A stretch of DNA of 64,000 nt. Origin: Eledone cirrhosa (Eukaryota). A program made the position numbers and the translations under genes. The stretch lies in the NCBI GenBank assembly GCA_964016885.1, contig OZ024742.1, positions 37,758,001-37,822,000 of the forward strand, given 5' to 3'. Below the pieces are notes generated by a model, which did no database searches, was not told the DNA's origin, and was given only the letters and a program-made list of their open reading frames with translations. Shown one piece after another: positions 38,943 to 50,153 of this stretch (position 1 is its first letter; each line of letters begins with the position of its first letter).

Positions 38943-39315
38943 TTTTAAAGTATTTATCATCATTGTCATTTTATGATCATCATCGTTTTAACGTCCGCTT
39001 TCCCTGCTAGCGAGGGTTGGATGGGTCTACATATACCAAGTCAGTACTGCTGAAGCAGAGCCACTGATTTCACGGGCAGGCCAGGGATCAGTTTTATGTG
39101 CAGTTTGACGCTCCAGTGGGTGCACAGGAGAGGTTGTTATTTGACCTTTTTTTGACAAGATTTCTATGGCTGGATGCCCTTCCTATCACCAACCACATTA
39201 CAGTGTGAACAAGGTGTGTTTATAGAGTAAATTACCAAACACTAGGGAGGCAGAGATGTCCTTTTGGCTAAGATCAAAATGTTTATATTTATCTAAAAAC
39301 CATCTGTCATAATTT

Positions 39316-39351
<36 letters not shown>

Positions 39352-39514
39352 TAACAGATTAAATTTTAAGCAAAGAATCGCTGCTTTCACCCTTAACGGG
39401 ATCTTCTGAAACTAAAAAAATCAATCTGTGAACGCAGAAGTAAATATTTTGAAAAACGTTACACACTATATATATATATATACACACACTATATATACAT
39501 ATATACATACACAC

Positions 39515-39813
39515 TGCGTCATAATGTCGTCATGCAGACAGCCAGGCATACAGACAGATATTATAAGGGTGCAACGTTATATCTATGTATCTATCTAAAA
39601 AGAGAAAGACTAAGAATTATAGAGAGAGATCGCTATATCGCCTAATGCGCTCCCTAGGGCATTGAACATTTGAACATTTTTTTGCTCAAAACACTCACAC
39701 GACCATAAGTATTACATGTGTAAAGTTTGAAAACAATCGGTTGGGTAGTTCTCAAGTTTTAGTGATCAGACAGGCAGGCAGACAGACATTCTCTGTTTTA
39801 GATATATAAATAG
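39515..39813 (-). mobile_element. Probable Helitron-like fragment
   Basis: Minus strand CTATTTATATATCTAAAACAGAGAATGTCTGTCTGCC with (CAGA)n and AAAGTTTGAAAACAATCGG, as in non-autonomous Helitron 5' regions. No 3' end is visible. Confidence 0.4.
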
Positions 39814-39829
39814 CAAAGATATTGAAAAC

Positions 39830-40330
39830 AGCAGGCTATGTAGTAAAGTCTTTTAGAATTAAAGGAAGTTGTTATTGCCCAGCATCTATTTGACCCAGCA
39901 GTTTCATAGCCAACAGCTACAAGAGCAAAGGAGATGTACTGGAAAGAGATATTTACAGTTTGGCAACAAAGGTATAAGTCAGGAAGCATGTTTGAGGAAA
40001 ATGATGTTTAGCAGCAAGATGTTGGCATGGAAAGTAAAAGAACAGCAGGGGCAGAAGAGAAATGAGCTGAGTACAATCCTTTAGATGTGTAACATCAGTA
40101 TTCATAAAAGGTAGAGCATCAATAAAGAGAGCAGCTAAGTATTAAATATCTTGACTAATGAATGCAGCAGAGACAATTGTGTTGGTATGGACAATGGGTG
40201 AAAAAGTGCTGTGAACTTTCAATGAAAAGTACTTGTGGTAGAAGAAATACTAGTGAGGATATAGGAAAAAATGAAGGGGACAGATCTCAGAATAAAGTGC
40301 CTAATAAACAAGATGACAAAACATCAAGAT
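39830..40330 (+). mobile_element. Old degenerate RTE RT 3' fragment
   Basis: Remnant QQRQLCWYGQWVKKCCE...CGRR (ORF 40162-40377). Confidence 0.6.
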
Positions 40331-40728
40331 ATGTGTCAATATACTGTACAATCCATTCAATCAAAATCAACACTTAAAAGAAAAACTATGTTATAATGCT
40401 GATGATAATATAATTTTTAAATTATTTAAGTGCCTATTAAATATCTATTTTAAAACAAAAATTAAATAGGGAAAAGAAAAAGAACTGAAAAATAACTATT
40501 TTCATTTCAGGAATCATCAAATTATAAATAAATATATTAATTGAGAAGTATTTAGACTATAGCTACATTTAAATACAAACAAACAAATTAGTAAATTAAA
40601 AGGATTAATTAATAGCTGATGTGAAGAGCAGGCAGCAATATTAAAAATAACAAGGGGATGATTAAATAAGATAGTGAGAGAAGGAAGAGGAAGTGGAAGA
40701 GGAGAAGGAGGAAGACATTATTTCTTAC

Positions 40729-40791
40729 GTTTTTTCTTAAGTCTATCTAAGGTACGCTCTCGTTCTAGAGGGCGGTTATTGCTGACATCCC
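40729..40791 (-). CDS. PPFIBP: Coding exon (63 nt, symmetric phase 1-1): (G)DVSNNRPLERERTLDRLKKK
   Basis: Minus strand ...tttgctttgtttcag|GGGATG...AAAAAAC|gtaaga. The frame is open in the phase set by the upstream exon, and the length is divisible by 3. Confidence 0.75.
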
Positions 40792-40946
40792 CTGAAACAA
40801 AGCAAATAAACAAACAAGTGAAATTCACTCTTAATACAAGAGTAAACAGAATGAAGAAAAACGCTTATATGACAAATAAAATACAAATTAACAAAATGTT
40901 CTTTGTTAAAAAAATTTTTTCCTAGAAAGTCATGAATAATTTCCTT

Positions 40947-40980
<34 letters not shown>

Positions 40981-40986
<6 letters not shown>

Positions 40987-41360
40987 GATATTAATAAATG
41001 GAAACTATATTTATAAAACCATATTTATTTCATTATATATATTTCAAGGATACCAAGTTACATTATGGTATGCCTTCATCAGACAAAATACAATATATAA
41101 CAGTTTTATAAATAGACATTGACGTACCCCTTTAAAAATTGACCGTTGCCTTTGGAGGCCATCAGGATATCCTGATGGCCTCCAAAAGCAACGTAACTTG
41201 GTATCCTTGAAATATATATAATGAAATAAATATGGTTTTATAAATATAGTTTCCATTTATTAATATCGTATATCTACTCCAAATATTTGTCGAGTGTTTT
41301 ATATCAGTTATAAAAATATTTGCTTGTTGTATCCCAACAATTTAAATAAAACTTTTGCAT
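40981..41360. mobile_element. Palindromic Penelope-like pLTR remnant (family P1)
   Basis: 81-bp arms at 40981-41061 and 41193-41273, an inner palindrome at 41144-41193 centred on GATATC, and homology to 3604-3810. Confidence 0.7.
41019..41098 (-). ncRNA. Minimal type-I hammerhead ribozyme (P1)
   Basis: Minus strand tattgtattttgt CTGATGA aggcatacca..tggtatcctt GAAA tatata TA^ atgaaataaata. Confidence 0.7.
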
Positions 41361-41370
41361 ATATATATAT

Positions 41371-42455
41371 ACGTTTTGCGAGGTTTTTTATATGAAATCG
41401 TGTGTTGAAACAAATATTGTTATACTTGGGGAGGGTCATATTTGTGTAATATTGCCAGAATTAATAACAGAACACACTCACTGTTTGGCTGATTTTCGCT
41501 TCTGTGTCTTTTATATCGGTTAATTTAATTTATTTGGTCCTCAATGTTGCCATTGACCCACCAACAGTCAAAAATACAGATACAATATAGACACAAACAC
41601 ATATATATAGTCTATCAAAGTTCTTTCGTTGCACATTTGCAACATCGTCAGTGTTGCTATTATGTTTCCTCCGATTGCATTGTATGCTTATGCCATCTTT
41701 ATTTAGTCTGTTTATTTATTTTCTTTTTTTCTGTCTTCTCTGCGCATGCGTTCAGTACTATACGAACATGCCAGACAACAACACAATGGTAACATAGACA
41801 ACATAGAAGTTAGAATAATATCTAAACATAGAAATGACCCAGCAGATAGGCAAATCAGAGAAGCCAGCGAAATAGAACTTAGAAGGCCAAGGCTAAACAG
41901 AAAAAATGAATGGAATAACAACAACACCCAAACAAACAACAGTGACCTAAAAGAAGTATAAATAGATAGATAAATAAATAAATAGATAAATACATACACA
42001 AGCACAATAACAACAAACACATATAAACACACACTAGTAAACTAAGATAGAATACATTAACCAATACACAGTCACCCAAACAAGAACACACATCAAACAA
42101 AACACTATACGCAAACGCATGCGCAGAGAAGACAAAAAAATAAACAAATAAATAAATAAATAAATAGACTAAATAAAGATGGCGTAAGCATACAATGCAA
42201 CGGGAGGAAACATAATAGCAATGTTGACGATGTTGCAGATGCGAAAGAACATTGATAGACTATATATATGTGTTTGTGTCTATATTGTATCTGTATTTTT
42301 GACCGTTGGTCAGTCAATGGCAACATTGAGGACCGAATAAATAAAATTAACCAATATAAAAGACACAGAAGCGAAAACCAACCAAACAGTGAGTGTGTTC
42401 TGTTATTAATTCTGGCAATATTACACAAATATGACCCTCCCCAAGCATAACAATA
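41371..42455 (+). mobile_element. 5'-truncated Penelope-like element (P2): GIY-YIG C-terminus plus pLTR, preceded by an inverted pLTR
   Basis: ORF 41746-41961 SVLYEHARQQH...IISKH...RQIREASEIELRRPRLNRKNEW is a PLE endonuclease C-terminal signature. About 41415-41750 is an inverted copy of about 42115-42455. Confidence 0.8.
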
Positions 42456-42463
42456 TATATATC

Positions 42464-43519
42464 TATAGAAATCACATGAATCAAAGTTCTGTTCAAACCA
42501 TTTATCAGCTTACAATTGTTTCGTCCAAACCGAGGTTTGGAGTCTTCGGAGCAATTTTTCAATGATTGTTTACATACATGACCTCCTTTCCAACACAAGA
42601 GACATACAGAAACATATGTATATATTGATACACAGTGGGGTGACATCCATTATAATATTTTAGCATGGCAATTTAAATTCAAAAATTAAAATCATATTAA
42701 AACAAAATTAAAACAAAATTAAAACAAAATTAAAGTTAAAATACAACATCGGCAGTTTACGAAGATAATGCAAGGGGATAGTTTGAAGTAGTTAGTGTAT
42801 GCAATAGTTACACGTGGGGCATGCACGTGTGTCTTATTTATATAAGATTATTGTGCGGCAAGGTGTTATATGTAATACAAGCACTTTAAGCGGGTAATCA
42901 AGAGTATTATGGAGGTTGTATTGGTAAAGGATTTTTTATGTATGATAAAGAAGCCTGTGTGCAGAGAAATATTAAAAATGAGATACAAATGAGATACAAA
43001 AACCATAACATTATTTTGCTTCTCATTTTTAATATTTCTCTGCACACAAGCTTCTTTATCATACATAAAAAATCCTTTACCAATACAACCCCCCATAATA
43101 CTCTTGATTACCCGCTTAAAGTGCTTGTATTACATATAACACCTTGCCGCACAATAATCTTATATAAATAAGACACACGTGCATGCCCCACGTGTAACTA
43201 TTGCATACACTAACTACTTCAAACTATCCCCTTGCATTATCTTCGTAAACTGCCGATGTTGTATTTTAACTTTAATTTTGTTTTAATATGATTTTAATTT
43301 TTGAATTTAAATTGCCATGCAAAAATATTATAATGGATGTCACCCCACTGTGTATCAATATATACATATGTTTCTGTATGTCTCTTGTGTTGGAAAGGAG
43401 GTCATGTATGTAAACAATCATTGAAAAATTGCTCCGAAGACTCCAAACCTCGGTTTGGACGAAACAATTGTAAGCTAATAAATGGTTTGAACAGAACTTT
43501 GATTCATGTGATTTCTATA
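42464..43519. mobile_element. ~1.05-kb near-perfect palindrome, Penelope-like pLTR pair (P3) with hammerhead variant
   Basis: Arms 42464-42983 and 43021-43519 with a 37-bp spacer. Confidence 0.75.
43416..43488 (+). ncRNA. Hammerhead variant with CCGAAGA core (mirror copy on the - strand at about 42495-42567)
   Basis: gct CCGAAGA(43434-43440) c-tccaaac-ctcg-gtttgga-c GAAA caattg TA^ agc. Stem III is the palindrome ACAATTGT. Confidence 0.6.
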
Positions 43520-43837
43520 TAACTGCTCTGTAGAACTGATGTTATTACATTGAGCTATTTATCTTACTGGTAATAAGGTAGTAATATATTACTGTCTTTC
43601 ACTGTTTAGGGTTTAAAATATATATAACTATAAAAAGTTTTAGTATATACATAACCATAAATAGTATCCTTAATACTATATATATATATAAATTTTAATT
43701 TATATAATGATATGAGTATTTAACTTACATACTGAAAATATAGCTCAAAAGGAAAATCTTCCTCATTTTACTTCATTACTAGAATATCAAACTATTATTT
43801 TTATTGATAACATCTCTCTCACACACACACACATATA

Positions 43838-44632
43838 AAATATGAGGAAATAATAGACAAAAATATGCCTATTTTTTCTTCAAAGTCCCGACTGCAGTTT
43901 CGCCGATCCGTGTGCACCGATTTCTGCGCTTTAAAAGTACATCATCGCTGTGAGGTTGATACGGCTCATCAAGAGACCACTCAGAAAAATGGACTGTTTC
44001 CTGACGCGTTTATAGCAAGTGTGAAAGTCAGAGGCGGAGGGAGAGATTAACAAGTGATATAGTGGTAAAAAAAAAAAAGGATTATTTCTTTTGTAGCAAG
44101 TGAGAATTTCTCGGGAGGCGAGGAGAGAGATAAACACATGATACAGTGGTCTCAGAAGGGTTGTAAGGTGGACAGTGAGTGAATAACGTATTTGCTAGAA
44201 AAATCAGTTAATACACTCGTTAACTCGTACTCCCCTATGGTCAAGTTAACCACGAGTGTATTAACTGCTTTTTCTAGCAAATACGTTATTCACACACTGT
44301 CCACCTTACAACCCTTCTGAGACCACTGTATCATGTGTTTATCTCTCTCTTCGCCTCCCAAGAAATTCTCACTTGCTACAAAAGAAACAATCCTTTTTTT
44401 TTTACCACTATATCACTTGTTAATCTCTCCCTCCGCCTCTGACTTTCACACTTGCTATAAACGCGTCAGGAAACAGTCCATTTTTCTGAGTGGTCTCTTG
44501 ATGAGCCGTATCAACCTCACAGCGATGATGCACTTTTAAAGCGCAGAAATCGGTGCACACGGATCGGCGAAACTGCAGTCGGGACTTTGAAGAAAAAATA
44601 GGTATATTTTTGTCTATTATTTCCTCATATTT
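43838..44632. mobile_element. ~0.8-kb near-perfect palindrome, Penelope-like pLTR pair (P4) with hammerhead variant
   Basis: Arms 43838-44220 and 44252-44632. Confidence 0.75.
44481..44598 (+). ncRNA. Hammerhead variant with 64-nt stem II (mirror copy on the - strand at about 43872-43989)
   Basis: ggtctc TTGATGA(44498-44504) gccg-tatc...gatc-ggc GAAA(44569-44572) ctgcag TC^ gggact. Stem III is the palindrome ACTGCAGT and the triplet is GUC. Confidence 0.65.
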
Positions 44633-44780
44633 CGTAATTTGATAAATAGCTCTGATTATGGAGTTGATTTAATTATTTTAGTTATTTTAACTCTCTCGGT
44701 CATCGAGCAACACTTGTTAAGGCGGACACCACACACACACACACACATATACATATGAATATGTGTGTGTATTTCATTAT

Positions 44781-44845
<65 letters not shown>

Positions 44846-45674
44846 TTAGATAGATATTGCAAATATGAAATTGAGAAATTTGTTTTATTGAATCTTATTT
44901 TAAGTCACTAAAGTAACTTTCATTTAGGAATTTTGTATAGGTACTGAAAAGAATTATAATTACTTGAGCAATGTAACACTAGTTGATGTTACCCACAGTG
45001 GCTAAAGTTTTACAAATTACCTATCATATGATGGGTCTTACTCTAGTTTTCATAAATGTTCACTGGCATTGAGAAAATTATTACAGATCTCTCTTGACTC
45101 TCTTTAAAAAAGAGTTAATTATTACTACAATTGTCTTGAATATTATAGTATATGCATATGAAATAAAATAAAATAAAACAAAACATTTTAAATATACAGA
45201 AATAAAAAAAACATATTAATATTGTTATTCAATATCTTAGCAATAGTATTTCCCTACAAAATATAGTTTTTCAATATCCTAAATAGTGAATGTGTTAGCC
45301 ATATGTGAAGGTTATTTCTGTTTTAAAATGTTAAAACAACAAAACTATAAGGTATTTCTGGATGCAATGCTTAGATAATTCTGTCAGCTTTTTGAAGCTA
45401 TATATTGTTATTCTTTAACTGGGTTCTGTCATTGGATTGAGGCCATGTTGAGGAACTGCCTTGAATGAATTTAGTTGATCATATTGATGCCAACACTTTT
45501 CCCTGCCAAGACTAGCACTTATTTCATTGATCTCTTTTTGTTTAATCACTAAGTTATAGGACATAAATAAATACAGGCAAGGACACACCTATATACATAT
45601 CTATGCCTGTCCCTTTCTCTCTACACACATACACACATATATGTACATACATACCTACATATATTTTCTCTTAA

Positions 45675-45895
45675 CCCTTTAGCATTTAAACCGGCCGTAT
45701 CAGGCCAGATTTCTCTCACCTCTTTCTGTTCAAACCGGCCATAACTGGCCTCTCATACTGACTTTAAGGTATTGTTCTCAAAATAAATAATATCAAAATC
45801 TCATAGATTCGATATTATGTAAGATAACTATGTGAGGTAAAGCCTTTACCATGAAAATACAGTAGTAAATATAAAGTAATGTAAATGTTAAAGGG
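45675..45895 (+). mobile_element. piggyBac-like MITE
   Basis: TTAA|CCCTTTAGCATTT...AAATGTTAAAGGG|TTAA. A second copy lies in the opposite orientation at 57376-57580. Confidence 0.8.
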
Positions 45896-46929
45896 TTAAT
45901 CCCCCAAAAAGCCATCAGTTATCACATAGAACAAAATTTGATTTGTGACTAACTGATTAGATGCTATTCTAAGTCTATATTGTTTTAATGTCTCCCATAA
46001 AATTCTAAATAGTATTGATTTATCACTAAAATTATAAATATTAAGTTTGTAAGAATATGAGTTATTTATGTCTTTGTATGAGCACATACATACACACATG
46101 CAAATAATATTTTGACTTTACTTATCAAGGGATTTAAAAAAGAAAAAAAACTAGATTAGTGGTACCACACTGAATTTTACTATTATTTTATAGAGAACCA
46201 ATATTGGAATCTTGTCATAAATTGTGATATGTAATATTTTTGTTGATTTAATTAAAAACCTAAAAATAAAATTTATTTTCTAAAGTAAAACGAAATCCAA
46301 ATTGATATCAATTACAAACGATTTTGTGTGTCATTTCCAGGAAGCGTGCTTTAACTCTTTTATTATCATATTTCTAATGAAAAACATAGCATATGCTTCA
46401 GTGTTCCTAAATCCAAAGCTATATATTGGCTCAATTAACCCATTCATTGCCATATTTCTAAGGAAAGCTACTATCTATGATTTGAAAATAATTAAGAATT
46501 TGGAGAGATTTAGTAATACAACTTTTTCTTTATTAATCTGGTGTTTAAAATATAACTTAACAAAAATAAATATAACACTTTAAAACAGTTTTGTATCATA
46601 GAAGCAGGAGCAATTTCAAACAGTTTAGTATCAAGAGTTAAGTTTCCTAGTGCCAATAATATTGACAAATGAATTGATATAGACAAAAGACACCTTAAAA
46701 ATGCTATACTGTTAGTTTTCCTCCAGATCCCCACTTTCAGTTTTAAATTGAAACAAATTCAGTCTTTTGTTAACAAACTTCCAATACACTGCTTATGTGT
46801 TTCAATTATTGTGAAAATAATCAAAAAGTTTTCAGAATTTAGTAGTAGCTAACTTTCACTTCATGGTGATACTTGAACCCTTAGTTAGCAAATATTCCTT
46901 ACATAAAATTATGATGGCAGGTTTTAATA

Positions 46930-47415
46930 TCTAAGCTATAATAAAGTAAGAAGCGTGGGACTGCGTATGGTTTATAATTTTGTTTATCCCATTAGTAAAA
47001 TAAGTTGGATTACTTTGAATAAATAATGAATGAATATTACATAATTTATCTACTAAATTTCGTGGCTGTTGATTAAATATATTTTGTTTATTTAAAGATT
47101 CACTTCTTTAAAATTTCTGAAATGTCAACACTTCCCGTTGGCCATCGCTTAAATAAACATACTACTTTTCTGTCACTAATTTTCTCCTAATGCAGTTTAT
47201 ATATAATATCGTCTTTTTTAATGTATCATGGATTACGTTGCTGATTAAATAAGACAGTGTAACGCAGTCTTCGTTCAATTTCTATGTATTATATATTGTC
47301 AATTACGATTTTATTTGATGCTTCATATCTACATGTATAGATACCTGCATATAATATCAATATACACACTACACATGCTAGCAGAAAACCACCCTTCGGG
47401 TGGTTTTTCTGCTAG
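46930..47415 (+). mobile_element. Non-autonomous Helitron nested in a MITE
   Basis: A|TCTAAGCTATAATAAAG...hairpin...CTAG|T. The host MITE sequence resumes on both sides. Confidence 0.7.
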
Positions 47416-48240
47416 TAATTATAAATATTTAAAAATGGACAGTTTTATATCACAGAAAAGGAGCAGTTACCAAAAGGGTTATATATAAATCATCTCTATG
47501 AGGGGAAACATATTTTACTTGCATTAATTTGGGTGCCAGGCTTAATTTGTCACTGGCTATACACCACCACTTGGCACTGGGGTGCTTTAAATGGGAGTTC
47601 ACTGTGTTGGAAGCATTCAGGCAAGATCCCTGGTCTGGGAACACTACCAAACAACAACTAACTGTACCTGCCTGTCAATAATGTTATACTCTTTTGATAA
47701 TGATAATAATGACATTATTGTGTACATTACTCAGGTGCACTACAACTCATCAAAGGTGCATGTATCATACATAGAATATTGTACAAATGTCATCTGACAC
47801 TGGTGCTTATAAAGTATCACAACATTTTAAATTTTATAACGCTAAATATTTTAAACATTGTAAATTATGATAGTCTATTCTTTTACTGATTTCAGGGATT
47901 TAGTTCAACAGTACTGCTTCTTTTCAAGTTTGGTACCTACATTATCAATCTCTTTTTGTTAAACTGCTAGGATTACAGGACATAAACACATACACTCTCT
48001 CTCACCCCCCTCTCTCTCTACACACACACACGCACATGTATATATAGTGTAGTGAATTTCTTTTTAAATATCCAAAGTTGGCAGAGGACTCAGTCCAAGG
48101 GCGAGTTGTAATATACAAAATTTGGTTAAATTCATAACATTTACATATAGAATACGTTCATTTCACTGAGGAAGTTATTACGTCAGTGAAATGAACATAT
48201 TTGACATACGTAAATGTGAATTTAACCAAATTTTGTATGT

Positions 48241-48299
48241 ATGCATGTGTATATATATCATCATCATATATATATATATATACATACATACATACACAC

Positions 48300-48368
<69 letters not shown>

Positions 48369-48396
48369 CATACACACACACATATATATATACATA

Positions 48397-48436
<40 letters not shown>

Positions 48437-48501
48437 TATATATATATACATACACACACACATATATATATATATACACACATATATATATATATACATA
48501 A

Positions 48502-48536
<35 letters not shown>
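48241..48536. repeat. Compound (TA)n/(CA)n microsatellite
   Basis: Seen directly in the sequence. Confidence 0.95.
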
Positions 48537-49587
48537 CGAGGAATTTAGCGTACAGGTTGGTGTCCACTAGGGCTCTGTTCTTAGCCCTCTCCTGTTCATC
48601 ATAGTCCTGCAGGCAATAACGGAGGAGTTTAAGACAGGATGCCCATGGGAACTCCTGTATGCTGATGACCTCGCACTTATAGCTGAATCTATGGTAGAAC
48701 TAGATAAGAAATTCCAAACTTGGAAGCAGGGACTAGAAAGAAAGGGTCTCAAAGTCAACCTGACAAAGACAAAGGTCCTTGTAAGTAGACTAGAAAACAA
48801 AACCCAGATCCCCTCAGTGAAATGGCCTTGCTCAGTATGTAGGAAAGGTGTAGGTAGGAACTCCATTCTCTGCCTCAAATGCAAACAATGAGTACACAAG
48901 AGATGTAGCGGGATCTCAGGAAGCTTAATTAAGAATGTAGACTTCACATGTAGCAGCTGTGCTGGGACAGAAAGCAGCAAACAGCCACAGGAAACAAGTA
49001 CCACCAATCTCTGGGAGGGCTCTGTAGAAACAGTAGACAGCTTCTGCTACCTAGGTGACCAAATTAGCAGCGGAGGTGGGTGTTCAGAAAGTACAATAAC
49101 TAGGGTAAGAACGGGATGAAAGAAGTTCAGGGAACTACTGCCATTGCAAAAGGCTTTTCCCTCAAAATGAAAGGCAGACTGTATGATGCGTGTATCCGAA
49201 CAGCAATGTTACATGGTAGTGAGACCTGGGCGCTGAAGGTGGAAGACTACACGTAGATTAGAAAGAAATGAAGCCTGCATGCTCCGATGGATGTGTAATA
49301 GTAATATACGTGAACAGCAAAGCATAGATGAATTGAGAGAGAGACTGAGCATAAGAGGAATCAAATGCTGTGTGCAGGAGAGACGGTTGTGTTGGTATGG
49401 ACATGTGACGCGTATGAAGGATGACAGCTGCATAAAAAGGTGCAGAGCACTAGAAGTCATTGGAAACTGTGGAGTGGGGAGACCCAAGAAGACCTGGGAT
49501 GAGGTGATAAAAGCCGACCTTACCCAATTACACCTCTCAAAGGCGATGACACACGACCGTGACCTCTGGCGTAACGCAGTAATACAG
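48537..49587 (+). mobile_element. RTE LINE family A internal fragment (truncated at both ends)
   Basis: Closely matches 8641-9698, with stops and frameshifts. Confidence 0.92.
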
Positions 49588-49798
49588 TAATCTTGTGTAG
49601 GAGATCTCGTTTTTTTTTTTTCTTTAAAAAAAAACCTTGTTTTCTTATATATATATATTCCTTATTCAACTTTACCCAACAACAAAATACAATAAGCCTA
49701 AACATACTGCACAAGATACAATTACCCTAACCCTAACCTCATTTTCTTTTATATATATATATATATTCTTTTATATATTTATATATATATATAATAGA

Positions 49799-50153
49799 GG
49801 CTCATGGCTTAGTGGTTAGAGTATTGGCCTTGCAATCGAAAGGTTGTGAGTTCAATTCTCAGACCGGGTGATGTGTTGTTTCCTTGAGCAAGACACTTTA
49901 TTTCACATTGCTCCAGTTTACTCAGCTGTAGAAATGAGATGATAGGGACCCCAGTCCCTATCATTCCACTGCAAAGTGGTCGTGTAGGTGCTACGGCAAA
50001 AAAAAGCACCTAGCACTCACTGTAGATGAGGTTGGTGTTAGGAAGGGCATCCAGCTGTAGAAATCAAGCCAGAATCAGTTCCCGTCCCACCCTTGCAAGC
50101 AGGGAAAAAGCGGACGTAAAATGAAATGATGATGATGAAATGATGATGATGAT
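49799..50153 (+). mobile_element. Full-length tRNA-derived SINE family S2 (V-domain-like body, RTE-type tail)
   Basis: A box TGGCTTAGTGG, B box GAGTTCAATTC, CCTTGAGCAAGACACTT...TTGCTCCAG body and GGACGTAAAATGA(TGA)n tail. Confidence 0.8.

Noticed and set aside
39345-39465. Additional hammerhead (minus strand CAGAAGA-tccc..gggt-GAAA)
   Set aside because: The core is mutated and stems I and III are not recoverable. At most it is a decayed PLE end.
41144-41193. Second hammerhead in the inner palindrome (CTGATG-gcc..ggc-AACGGTC)
   Set aside because: It lacks the essential A9 and G12 positions.
47378-47415. Bacterial rho-independent terminator
   Set aside because: Eukaryotic intron context; the hairpin is better explained as a Helitron 3' end.
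49724-49738. Interstitial telomere (CCCTAA)2
   Set aside because: Only about two units, at the edge of an 80-bp fragment also found at 51303-51393, so not informative.
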